From Guillardia theta CCMP2712 (taxonomy: Eukaryota > Protista > Cryptophyta), in contig NW_005434611.1 in the NCBI RefSeq assembly GCF_000315625.1, positions 259,698 to 323,697 on the forward strand: 64,000 nucleotides of DNA, given 5' to 3'. The first letter of the stretch is position 1. Each line of letters starts with the position of its first letter. The notes beneath the pieces are model-generated. The model made no database searches and had not been told where the DNA came from. It worked only from the letters and a program-made list of their open reading frames with translations. Shown piece by piece: positions 13,501-24,796 of this stretch. A program made the translations under genes and the position numbers.

Positions 13501-14777
13501 TCTATGAACTCACCAGCTCAAGGTCTGCAACTGCATCGCAGAAGTCGGCCAAGCTCATAAAGTCTTCTGCTTTCCAACAAAGTTAGAACACGAACATCGG
13601 CATTGGGTCAAGAAACCTTGTCGTCTTCTTGCCCATCGTGTTTGCACTATTTCCTGCAATGCTCATGAATAATTTGATAAAAGAAGCATATCATACTTTT
13701 AGATCTGGCTGGCTTTTTTGATTGTTTCCGAAGAATAAAGGGACCAAGTGAACATCTCGAATGACTTGATCGAAGCAATCGAAGTCCATCTGCCGAACAG
13801 TAAAGTATCAAAGCCACTGCAGGCGTGGCAACAGCGTTGTTAGTCAACCATTCCTTCCGACGAGTTCTTATACAGTCCAAAGAGAACTCTTGTGATCCAA
13901 TCTCGGCTAAATAACTTGAAGACTTTCAAAGGCGAGGACATGCCACAACCAATCTGCCTGACCTGTACGCTGTCGCCCTCTTCATCACTGTCCATGCTCT
14001 CCCTCCTTGCCTGTTGTCTTTCAAAGCTGAAAGGAAGTCAAAACATCAGCATGCGGTCAATAAATCTTCAAACCACGCGATAGCGGCTGTCGAGAGAAAC
14101 CTGCGGAAGTCCACGGACGTCTCGTCCTGGTCTTGTAGAGCCTCAAACCACTGATTCAAACCTGAAGTGACCTAAATCAGTGCTGCTCTCTTCCCATTCT
14201 GAAATTCACATGACGGTGGCAAACCATCGATGATGGAGATCAGGTCTCGAAATGTGCTCTTGGACACCTTGAACGACTGGTGCACTTGGCTGTGAGCTGT
14301 ACATTTCTCTTGAAACTTGTTCTGTCGGAGTAGGTGAGGCCATGAAACAGATCCAAGAGGAAGAAACACGCACGTGCAGGATCTCAACATACGCAGATCC
14401 AATGGTTGTGAGCCAGTCGATCGCCTCCATCTCCTCTACTGAAGGACAAACCACACTCGAGGTGTTCTTATCCACGTCGACCTGTCAGCCGGATACGAAA
14501 TGAAACCTTGAGATGATTTGCGGGGTCCCTGCCCTTTTGGCCTCACTCTCTGTCTCCTTCTCGCTTCATACAAAGTCTGCTTTCACATGCGGTCAAGAAC
14601 GGCATATTCCAGCTTCGCTGCCCCCAAATTTTCACGTTCTGAAGACCTGCCGAAGGAGGCATTCAAACAGAACGACAGGACATCTTGGCGGTCAATCAGT
14701 GATTCTAAAACAATCAAGATGAGGTTTCGCATGCTTCTACATCATCCTTCATCACTCCTCATACCCGAGTCCAGCAT
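10556..14777 (-). CDS. PPP-family Ser/Thr protein phosphatase with a long, probably EF-hand-like N-terminal extension; start approximate
   Basis: GDLHG, GDYVDRG, RGNHE, HGG, WNDP and RAHE motifs in the long exon 10556-12860. Upstream short exons include FRDLISIIDGLPP..KRAALI and FGLYKNSSEGM|MDFDCFDQVIRDVH (degenerate EF-hand). Confidence 0.88.
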
Positions 14778-15798
14778 TACGACCACAGGGAAAGAACTTG
14801 CATATTCAATCAAGGCGCTAGACACTGAAGGGGAGGCCCCAAACTCCTCCCTCCTCCTCCCCACATCCTGATCTCGATGTAAGGTCTCCTTTCTCTTACC
14901 CTGACCTCCTCGTTCCTACCTCCCCTTGCCCTTTCCCATCCCCCTTCGCTTCCTAAACTCTCTCCACCATCGCGACCCCCAAAAACTTTTTAAGAATTAA
15001 AATCACTTTTGAGATAAGCCTCACCCGTCAACCTAAGCGGAAAAGTACCCCTACTCATATCACCCCCACCCTGGCTGCAATTCATTTTTTAGAAAATGAA
15101 CCACCCCTGAATTCTGTACCCCACCACCTTAGCATCAGGAACAAACCCCCTAGGAAGATACAAATATTACCCCCCTTTTTTTCCCTTACCCCTCTTGAAT
15201 GCTACCCCTACCCCCTCATTCGATTCTCTGCTGTACACCTCCAATCCCTTCCAAAACTACCCCACCCCCTCTACTCCTCTCTGGCACCTTTCAACTTGCA
15301 TCAAGACCACCCCACCTTGGGTAGACAATTGCTTCGGAATTGCAACCACCCGTACTTGGTTCAAAACTTTAAAAAGTACCCACCCCGTCATTCCCATCAT
15401 ATTCCAGCTCCAACCACCAGTCCCCAACTCTTTTTTATTCTTAAAAATATTATACAATCGAAGCTGGCAATTTCACATGGTAGTGCGAATTCAGAATTTT
15501 AAAAATCGTGTCGTACATGTAATCCTCGGTGTAGTACTAGAATGTAAAACAAATCCATAATTGGAAATATTTCTTGTTTTTTGGTACTGAATTGCTGATA
15601 CAACCAACTATATATGTAAATAATCTGGTACTCTTTCTTGTGGTAATCCGGTACATTTACGGGGTTCCTGATTTTAGGCGATGAATATTAGTTACTAAAA
15701 GTAACTAATAGCTTTCGTAATGACATCATTGGTACAAATATCAGGTTACCCGCCATTTATGGCTCCGCCCACTGTACAGACAGGTCAGCAAGCACAGC

Positions 15799-17760
15799 AT
15801 GGAGGAGGAGCGGGGGAGGAGGAGAGGGGGCGCGCAGGGGAACGAGAATGGAGATGGAGTAGAGTGAGTTCAAGGATGGTCGGTGAGGGCGAAAGGAGTA
15901 CTGTATTGACTAGTTGGAGAGAATCCCCTTGGTTCCAGGCGCAGGGATGATTCCTGATGAGCTTGTGGTTTAGCCCAAAAGTTGATACAGCAATACCATG
16001 CAGGAGCAGAAGTTTGTGGAGAGATCGAACGGATCCATGTCAACGATATCACACCCGAAGACTTCGAAAAGAATTACATCAGCAGGTGATGGAGCCCCCT
16101 GCTCCATTTCATTGTATCACTGAAATCTGGAATCCAGAGGGATGCCCGTGGTGTTGACAGGGGCCATGGACGGATGGCCTGCATGGAAAGTAGGATCGCG
16201 TAAAGTCTGAAACCATGATGCATCTCTGATTCATCCAAACTCACCCGAAAGTACCCAGTGGAGCCTGCAATGGTTTCGACAGACGTATGGGAACGTAGTA
16301 TGCCCTATCGATATTGGAGGTACCTGCTGGCTCAAGTATGATGCCAAATGATTTGGATGTCAGGAAAGAAAACAACCATGACACTGGATGAATACAGTAA
16401 GAAATACTTCCTATTCCTGAGCTTCAATTTTCACCGTTCGAAGAAAACTTCATTGGCATGACGCCATATACTAGTATCGAAATTCCAAGAGTACGAAAAC
16501 CTACCTGCTGGTTCTTCGACTCCCTACCTGAGAACAGTGAGAAAAATGCTGATTTGAGCAGAATGCCTGAGAGCTTCGCAGTGGTACTTCTCCGATGATA
16601 TCCCCGAACTTGTGGAAGACTTCTCGCCTCCCGATCATTTTCATGCAAACGACATGTTCGAGAACCTCTCACCCGACCTCAGGCCTCCTTTCCGAGTGAG
16701 GCAAAGATGTTGTTGGGGACTAGAGGCTGACAGATGTGCACAGTGGCTGTTCTTTGGGCCGAAGGGAACAGAATCGAAACTTCATGTTGATATTTGGGAG
16801 ACAGATGCTTGTAAGGTGGTTTTCTCAAAACACAAAACAATCACGATATTCACAGGGCTGGGCATGCTTGAAGGGGAAAAACTATTCACACTGTATCATC
16901 CTGCTCATCGCAAATACATTGAGAGGGAAGAAAATGAATGGGTGGATCTATTGTAGGCGGATCACTCTCTGGATTGTTGAACAGTGACCATTTCAATCTA
17001 GAAAACCTCCCAATAGTCACAAGTTTCCTGATCAATCAAAGGCGGTCCCTGCTCAAACCATCTTGAAAGTAAGATCTGGAACCTTCCTTCTGATGTGATT
17101 TCAGTGAACGTGGTACAGGCCGGCGAGATCATTTACATCCCTCGCAAATGGCCACATCATGCGCTGGCTCTCTCAGAATCCATCTCTCTTACTCTCAACT
17201 TTGCCCCACTGTGTGTCAGAAAAAGCATTCTCAAGCACGTGGTCCCCTACACACGGAACAGAGCAAGGTGTCAGGTCAGACCTGCAGAGACTATATGAAA
17301 CTGCAGCCCCGTCTCATACAGCCTTGTGGCAGATGGTGCTGGGAAGAAGATTGAAGGCTTCAGACAACCTCATGCAGGTCCGTATCGAATGAGAGGCAAA
17401 ATGCCGGTGTGCTTAGGGGGGATTCCGGGGGGCAAGGAGGTAGTACGGAATTGAGCAAGTTGACTGGCTTGCCTGAGTGAGAATCGTGCTTCAAATCGCT
17501 GAGTATGGAATTTTCAGCTCTGCATACATGGAGGAACAATCAAATATGGAGACATGTGCTCCGACGACGCTGCAGTAGCAAGGAACCCAATGCAAGCTGC
17601 GGATGATCCTGCCGCATCAGCATCGCCCGATGAAGATGGCGACGCGGCGCCGGTAACTTAGTAAACTTCCGTCTGTGACAGCGAGGGACTCCCGATTAAA
17701 GTGAAGTCAGAGCATAACGAGGAAAATGGCAGATCACTGAGCCAGAGAGTCAGGAGCTGA
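15799..17760 (+). CDS. JmjC-domain 2OG/Fe(II) oxygenase (JMJD6/JMJD4-like); multi-exon
   Basis: Spliced motifs IERIHVNDITPEDFEKNYI, PVVLTGAMDGWPAW, WLFFGPKGTESKLHVD (HxD), GEKLFTLYHP and AGEIIYIPRKWPHHALALSESISLTLNF (third Fe ligand His). Confidence 0.88.
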
Positions 17761-17769
17761 GCCGTGTCG

Positions 17770-18060
17770 GACCGTTGAGCACCGTGTGACTGTCAGCGGC
17801 GAGCCGCGGACTCGGCCCGGCCGGGACCGTGGGCGCCGCGGCCAGCCTCTGAGCGAGTCCGGCCCTTCCACCCGCGGCCCGGTATGATGGGCCCGGCGCC
17901 GGGGTCCCGGTATCCGGCCGCGGCGCCAGGGTGGCCCGGGGGCGTCACTGAGTTAAAAGCAGTTTCTGGACCGTGCCAATAGTGGTTGCCAAGTTGATCA
18001 CGCGCCGGTCACAAGGCGGGACCCTCGGTCACCCCTCATCTCCACCCTGACCAGTGAGCC
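17770..18060. other. GC-rich intergenic island dense in CCGG/GGCC/CCGCGG and GAGTC/TCACTG words
   Basis: e.g. ctcggcccggccgggaccgtgggcgccgcggcc, gggcccggcgccggggtcccggtatccggccgcggcgcc. Similar islands at about 3100-3300, 21270-21530, 28070-28440, 37140-37520 and 61540-61690. Confidence 0.6.
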
Positions 18061-18142
18061 ATGACGGATTTTGAGGGGATTTGAAAAGCCTCAAATAGTT
18101 TACTCATCTGCAAATTTGTACCGTGAAAGTAAAGAAGGACAA

Positions 18143-18402
18143 GAACTTGAAGCGGGCCAAAAATGAACTTTCTACCTGAATTCAGGAACTTTGGGCTCAA
18201 AGCAAGAACTTTTGAAGGGCTCTGAAATTGACACGTTAATGTAAGCTGGAACCTTTGGTCGAGCAGAGGAAGAGTAAACCAAAGAATAAGAGAATCATAG
18301 AACTTATTGAAAACCCTTTCCTACTAATTGAAGAACTTTTGAGATGATTACTGAACTAATCATCTCCAGCGTTAGAACTAATCGCATATAAACCTTGAAC
18401 TT
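18143..18402 (+). promoter_or_regulatory. Helically phased array of GAACT(T/A) motifs upstream of the Ubl-bZIP gene
   Basis: Same-strand GAACTT/GAACTA (one GAACCT) at 18143, 18165, 18186, 18206, 18249, 18300, 18333, 18353, 18375, 18397. Confidence 0.5.
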
Positions 18403-18820
18403 CTGAAGGACAATGGAGCAATCTAAAACATTATTAAATTAAAAGATATATTAAAACTTGTCCTAAAATATATTTTAAGGATCTCGAGCTCCAAATGAAA
18501 GGTTGGAAATCTGGAGATAATTGCTTTTCGGAAAACTAATATATTGTTTTTAATCAATTCATGGTAGAGATGACTGAATCTTCAGATTTATGGTACAAAT
18601 TTGATGCTATTATTGGTCTTCTTTGATGTGTAACCCCCACCCCACTCGATAACTTCTTGGTATGGGGAAAGTGTGGGTGGGTCTGGAACCCGTTGCCGTC
18701 GCTTGGGTGGGTAGTATTTGACCGGGTTTGTGCACAGTACCTGGGAAGATGGGGGTAGTGAAAGGACAAAGAAAGGGTTCAAAAGATGTAAGGGGGTGGG
18801 GGTGGCCATGAAGGAGGGGC

Positions 18821-18826
18821 TATATA
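18821..18826 (+). promoter_or_regulatory. TATA-like box of the Ubl-bZIP gene
   Basis: TATATA 37 nt upstream of the ATG at 18858, preceded by G-rich boxes (gggggtgggggtgg). Confidence 0.45.
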
Positions 18827-18857
18827 GAGGGAGAGACGGAGGATCGGAGCAACAGGC

Positions 18858-19631
18858 ATGCAGATTTTCTTAAAAAGCGCGAAGACCGTCACGACGCTAG
18901 TATCCCCCCACACCTCTATCCTCCACCTCAAGACTTTCCTGACGGACATCTCTCGGGTTCCTTCACGAAGCTTGAGGATCTCTTGCGGTGGAAAGGAGCT
19001 AGTAGACCACAAGTACCTCGTAGACTACGGCGTGAAGGACGGGCAGACTTTGGAGTGGACGATCCGACTGCTGGGAGGAAGAGGGGATATTGCCGAACTA
19101 TCAACAGAGTTCTCTCTAGAAGACTACGACCTGGAAGGCTGCCTTGAGCAAGAAATGGTTGCCGTGGACGAATGCTCGGGCTGGTTCGGATCTTCGGAGT
19201 CGACGGAAGAGTCGCCAACGGATTCAGCTGAGGAGATGATCGAGCCACCAGAGATGATCGCTGGGGTTGATGAGGGCTTCGATATCAACAAGGTGCTTGC
19301 AGCAGCCGCTGCTAGAGATCCTTCCATGGAGAGCATCGTGCTAGAAATACTTCCGAATGGTGAGAACGTTCCCATTTCGGTAAGCAAGACCAAGAAGGGT
19401 CTTCGCTATGACTTGGAATCGATCGAGGACGAGAGATTGAGAAAGAGGTTAGCGAAGAACCGTCTCTCAGCAGAGAAATCTCGACAAAGGCGGAAGAATC
19501 AGCTGCAGGAGCTCGAGCAGCGACTGGCAATGTTCGAAGAGCAGAACTTGATGCTGCTGAAGAAGAACGAAGCTCTTGAGCAGGAGAATGCGAATTTGCG
19601 GAACAGGTTGGGAGATGGAATGGGACTATAG
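18858..19631 (+). CDS. Intronless fusion of a 74-aa ubiquitin-like domain, an acidic region and a bZIP DNA-binding domain
   Basis: N-terminus MQIFLKS...LRISCGGKEL..DYGVKDGQTL..IRLLGG is a ubiquitin fold ending in diglycine at aa 73-74. C-terminus RKRLAKNRLSAEKSRQRRKNQLQELEQRLAMFEEQNLMLLKKNEALEQENANLRNRL has the N-x7-R basic region and heptad leucines. Confidence 0.93.
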   Translation: MQIFLKSAKTVTTLVSPHTSILHLKTFLTDISRVPSRSLRISCGGKELVDHKYLVDYGVKDGQTLEWTIRLLGGRGDIAELSTEFSLEDYDLEGCLEQEMVAVDECSGWFGSSESTEESPTDSAEEMIEPPEMIAGVDEGFDINKVLAAAAARDPSMESIVLEILPNGENVPISVSKTKKGLRYDLESIEDERLRKRLAKNRLSAEKSRQRRKNQLQELEQRLAMFEEQNLMLLKKNEALEQENANLRNRLGDGMGL

Positions 19632-20940
19632 TGTTGAGCGATTGAGTAATGAGCTTAACCAAATGGCCTGGTGGAGATGAAGAAATAACAAAACTTAAGA
19701 AAAAACAAGGATTATCCAGGATTTTTTTTATTCTTGTAGAAGTGATATGAAGTTGATTTTAAATGAAAATTCATTTTTTCTTCAAACGTCAAAGTTTTGG
19801 TGGGGAAATGTTTTTCTTCGCAGCGACTTGATCATCGGTAACTCTTCAGCCTACGAGGTAGAACAGATCTTATGGCTGCAGACCTGGAACCTCGAACGGT
19901 AGAGGTGGGAAGGCTTCCCATGTGATTCCATCAGTAGAGATAGTGCTCTGATGCTTCGAAGTATGATGGGCATCGAAAGTCACAATCAAGATCGCAGTAA
20001 CAATCATTTACATTCACAGTAGTTGTTTTGTATACTACCGCCCATCACTCACAAACTTGGAGCAGCAAAGTTACCCTCATCCCCCCATACTCCCATTACC
20101 ACCCACCCCCAGACTTGCCACCATATCTACCCCCTTGAAGCTGCTTGCAGCCCCGACTACCAAACTTGAAAAGCTGCATCGGCAGTCCCTCCCTATGCTG
20201 CTCGGTGCGGCAGTGGTTGGCGGGATGCTCATTCTTGGGGTTGTGCTTGTGGAGTTGAAGCTGACAGAGGCAGGATTTCAGGTTATTGATCTTTCACGTG
20301 TGATTGATGGAACTTGTGTTGTCCTTTGCGAGTGAAATCTCCTTGTTGCCAGAGGTATTCGTGCTTTCTGATGCCATTGTGACAGGGCTTGGATAATGTC
20401 GAGAGAGAAAATGTGAGACTATCTTATGTTTTCTTGCTGCATCATGATCTGATTCGATCTCTCCAGTCCAAAACCCCCTCCAGCTTTCAAAATGACCAGG
20501 CTCCTGCTCTGCGCGAAGAAATCAAGGAATTGCAGCGCCATGTCATGCCTTAGTTATTTCTATGTTGATCCATGTCCTTCTTAGTTGTGCATACCTCTCA
20601 TACTCATCAAGCGTTCTATGCTCAAGCGCAAAGATATCACGAACACCTTATATGTTGACGAGTTTCATGCTGGGATCTACAATGGAGAACGGATGCTAGG
20701 TGTGATTCGGATGGGAGCTCGACGCTCTTATGGGTTAATGCAGAGGTGCAGCAGCTAAGGAGCAGCTTGCATGGCGAGTTAGAGCTTGTTGGTACCATGT
20801 GATGCACTAATGTATATCTTTTCTTGTGGTGAGATTTCTATTCACGAATCATTGTGAAACTGATCATTACAATGGTAGAATGTTTGATGGAAAGTCAACT
20901 TGCACCTAAACCTTTGCATAAAATCAAATCAGAGTTTGCA

Positions 20941-21206
20941 TCCTACCATCTTGGAGTAATCTGAGTAGTAGTACTCCTACCATCTTGGAGTAATCTGAGT
21001 AGTAGTACTCCTACCATCCGAGGCTTGGTGGCACCCCCACGCGGGCCGCGATGATCCCCATCCGGATCTGCACGCTGGACTCGACGATGAACAACCTCTG
21101 CATCCGCGTGGCGGCTGGAGTAATCTGAGTATGAGTACTCCTACCATCTTGGAGTAATCTGAGTATTAGTACTCCTACCATCTTGGAGTAATCTGAGTAT
21201 TAGTAC
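20941..21206. repeat. Five copies of a 34-bp repeat; the third copy is interrupted by a 97-bp GC-rich insert
   Basis: Unit TCCTACCATCTTGGAGTAATCTGAGTA(GTAG/TGAG/TTAG)TAC at 20941, 20975, 21009 (split by 21019-21115), 21139 and 21173. Confidence 0.92.
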
Positions 21207-21764
21207 TAGGGAGCATTAGTTTGTACCTGACAGCCACCATGATGATCCGAGACTGTGCGCATCATCAAGTTTTCGGGCCTCGGGAGTCCAGGCTGACTCT
21301 GCAGTGAGCGCGGGAGTCACAGAGTCAGGCTGAGCCCGGCCGCTTGCGCGCCGCCAAGTCTGGTCACTCAGCTCAGCGGCTAGGCACTTCCAGGACGCCA
21401 TTGGTAGCCGCGGCGGCCCCCGCAGCCCCGCAGCCGGGTCAGGCTGAGTACGCGTACCGTACCGGCGTAGTGCCGCGTACTGACCCCGGCGGCCGCGGCG
21501 TGGGCCCGGCCGCCGGGGCCCAGGCCTCCACGTTATACATTCTGCTGCTAACTTCCCTAGGATGGCGGTAGCAACGACTACGGCGATGCTGAACCGGGAG
21601 GAGGAGGAGCGAAGGAAAGGGCCCGACGCCTTCAGCTGACTTTCTGCTCTCAGAGTCTCGTGTCACTGTCTTGACAGCATGCTGTCCCCTCGTGAGCCTC
21701 CTCCTTTCGATTAGCAAGCATCATTCCTTGGCCCTACTTTCCCATTGTAAACGGTTTTCTGGGT

Positions 21765-24424
21765 ATGGCAGCAGCCGCGAAAAAGAAGGGGGGAGGAAAG
21801 GAGGGTCCATCCAAGCACGAGCAAGACAAGGAGCGACTGACACTTGCACTGAAGTGGTCGTGGAGCTATGAAGTGGACGAGATGTTCAAAGAATCCTTTG
21901 GGATTGACGATGACTGGACTCAACGCATCTTTTTCGAAGCAGAGCCCATGTCCCACGAGGAACTGGAGGCCCATCCCGACCCGCTCCTGCTGCCTCCTCG
22001 TATCGACAACGGAGCAGGCAAACCATTCAGAGTGAACGTGCACACTGTAGGAGGAGAGACCGCGAGGAGAGCAGGATACCTGATAATCTCTTCAAAGCGC
22101 CACCCCCTGAAGCTGCGCAAGGCAAATAGGTTCGAGGATGAAGGTGAGAGTTTGCACGGCACGATGTCTTCAGTTGTTCTTGATCAGAAAGCCACGAAAC
22201 GATCTCCTGCGAGCGTGTGGGCCGTGGAGAACGAAGAGAGCGACCCCGCGACAATCTACGGGAAGATCTTGTTTGCGTCTAAGAAGAGGATGAACCCGTG
22301 TCATGAGCACCTGTACAGGACAGAGAGCACCAATCAAGGTCTGAGATGTACTGCTCAACATCAGGAGAGAAACCTCACTTGTACACATGGCAGACGAAGA
22401 CGAGGAGACCAGACCAAAAGACGAAGAGCTGAATCAAGTGTGCCCGAACCCTTCAGGCAAACTCCTTGACTTGTCGCTCGTGCCTCACAGTCCTTGTGCA
22501 TGTTACAGGTGGTCAAGGAGGAAAGAGCTACTGGGAGTAAGAGCATGCATGCGTGTACGCGCCAAGTGACTGTAACGCAGCTGGAAGCATATCCAGAACA
22601 GTCCTCTAGCAACCGAGAACACTGTTCAAGTAGTGGACAAGCTTCGCGACCAGAGCGAGAAAGCTGCGCATGACGTGCTGCCGTGAACATAGGATTGGCG
22701 GTCTGTGATGGTTCTGCAGGTGCTCCAGCAGGAGCTGTCTAGGAGAAAGGGGCAGGGGAAGACGATCTTGAAGTCGTGGCTCAGAGCAGTAGAGATGGCA
22801 GAGCTCAAGGCTGTGAACATCTCCAACAGCAAAATCCAAAGGTGCAGCAAGATTTCCATGTGTAACACTGAGAGAGTCAAACCTGCAGGTGGGGCTCAGA
22901 GTATGACCAGAGAGTTCTCCCCAACGCCAAGTTCAAGACCTTCTCGATGGTTCCGATACAACCTTGCAGGCCTTGCCGGTTACGATCCTGTACAGTTAGC
23001 AGAGGAGCTGCAACCGATCTGGGCAGCTGAGGAGGAAGAAGTGCTGGTCACCATCTACAACGCCAAGGTGCCTCTCCTCCTTGGCGTCCTTCACTGCGAT
23101 CTCACCAGCCGTAGCCTGGGGACAAAGTGCGGATCTCCAGTCTGTGCAGGTCGGATGCCTATCTTGCGCAGGTGCGAGGAGCTGCCCTGACTGTGGCTGA
23201 TGTGACATGATGGTTGTCTGCATTTCTGCAGTACGTGGACAAAGAGGGGACTCTGCTGTCAAGAGATGCTCATTTCGACTGCTGGTGGGCCGGTGACAGC
23301 AGCCTCCGAGGACCAGGATGCTCCTGACGTGTTGACACATTCCACGTAGACTTCGGGTCTGTCGAGAAGCGACAGAGGGGCATAGCAAGAAAGGTTTCTG
23401 AGAACAAGGTCAGAGGCTAGAGCTCTCGAGGCTCTCTTGCTGCCTGACTTGCTCGTGCAGTCAACGAGCGGGCAAGGGAAGAAGGTAGGAATCGTTCAGC
23501 CCCCCCCGAGCACGACGGAGGCAAGACAAGGAGCTTTATTCTGCGCTGGGTGAGCTGCATGCTGCCGTCGGCCTCACAACGGTGTTAACGGCAGGCTGCC
23601 AGGTACAAGGATGCCTTCTGGTTGTCGCATGTCCATCCCCCGGTAGCCCGCAAGCTCGAGCTCCCTCCTCCTCCTCCTCCTCCTCCTCCTCCTCCTCCTC
23701 TTCCTCTCTTCTGACTGCCACCAGCAGGAAACCCATGGGAAGTCCGTCGATCGCAAGGACGATCAGATCAACAAGAAGCTGATCCATGAGCTCAACGTCG
23801 GCTCAAGTCAGTACCTTCTCTGCAAGCTTCTGTCTCCTCCTCTCTCCCCTCCTCTCTCCCCTCCTCTCTCCCCTCCTCTCTCTCCCGTCTGGCCTTTTCA
23901 GGCCCTTCTGTACTCTTCCCTGCCCTGTCCGTCCTCGATCATCTGCACTCTCTCGTTTCTTTTCACCCACGTCATGCCAGGAATACGAAAACTGAGGCCC
24001 AACAAACTTCTTTCCAAGCTGCGAAGGCCGAGACCGCAGAGACAGGTGAGAAGAGAAGGTTGCAATGAGCATGCTGATCGTCAAACCTTGGACTAGTCCT
24101 TGTTCGATACGTCTGCTGTTGACCCGCGCCAAGAGTTCCTTGACAGCTCATACGAATTCTTCTCTACCTTCACGGATGCAGATCAAGACGACGAAAACTT
24201 GCTGCGGGCGATCCAGGAGCAGGATAGCACGTCCAGAGAGACCAAACTCAGCCACATCGTGAAGGTTGTGAAACCGTGACTTGTTCTGATGCATGTCTGT
24301 ACTAACACGTATGTTGCAGCTGCTTTCGAAGCGCTCGGAGATGACCTCAGTCCTGCTGGACACGTTTGATGACCTCGATGACGAGCAAGAGTTTGAAGAT
24401 GCATACCCAGGGGTGTGGAGATAA
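21765..24424 (+). CDS. Hypothetical multi-exon protein
   Basis: Long first ORF MAAAAKKKGGGKEG... followed by coding-like exons between GT-AG introns, ending ...DDEQEFEDAYPGVWR* at 24424. No domain recognised. Confidence 0.55.
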
Positions 24425-24464
24425 CATATCACATAGCCAATGAGATGAGATCATATATGACCAT

Positions 24465-24695
24465 TTCTCTCTCCCTCCCTGCCTCCTCTCCCACCCTGCC
24501 TCCTCTCCCACCCTGCCTCCTCTCCCTCCCTGCCTCCTCTCCCTCCCTGCCTCCTCTCCCTCCACTCCCTCCCTGCCTCCTCTCCCTGCCTCCTCTCCCT
24601 CCCTGCCTCCTCTCCTCTCCTTTCCTCTCCCTCCCTCCTCTCTCTCCCTCCTCTCCTCTCCTCTCCTCTCCCTCCGCCCTCCCTCCTGTGTCCCT
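24465..24695. repeat. Polypyrimidine low-complexity tract (CCCTGCCTCCTCTC-like)
   Basis: Degenerate C/T repeats with very few A. Confidence 0.85.
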
Positions 24696-24796
24696 CAGCC
24701 GGCCTTGATCTGGGCCTTGATCCTGCTTGATCGCAAGTTTGTGGGTATCTGGTCACCCCACATACGTGGTTCCGTACGGTCAACTGCTGAGCGGAA

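Noticed and set aside
20941-21206. Calling the 34-bp array a CRISPR array
   Set aside because: The context is eukaryotic, no cas genes are in the window, the units are directly adjacent, and the single insert lies within a unit rather than between units.
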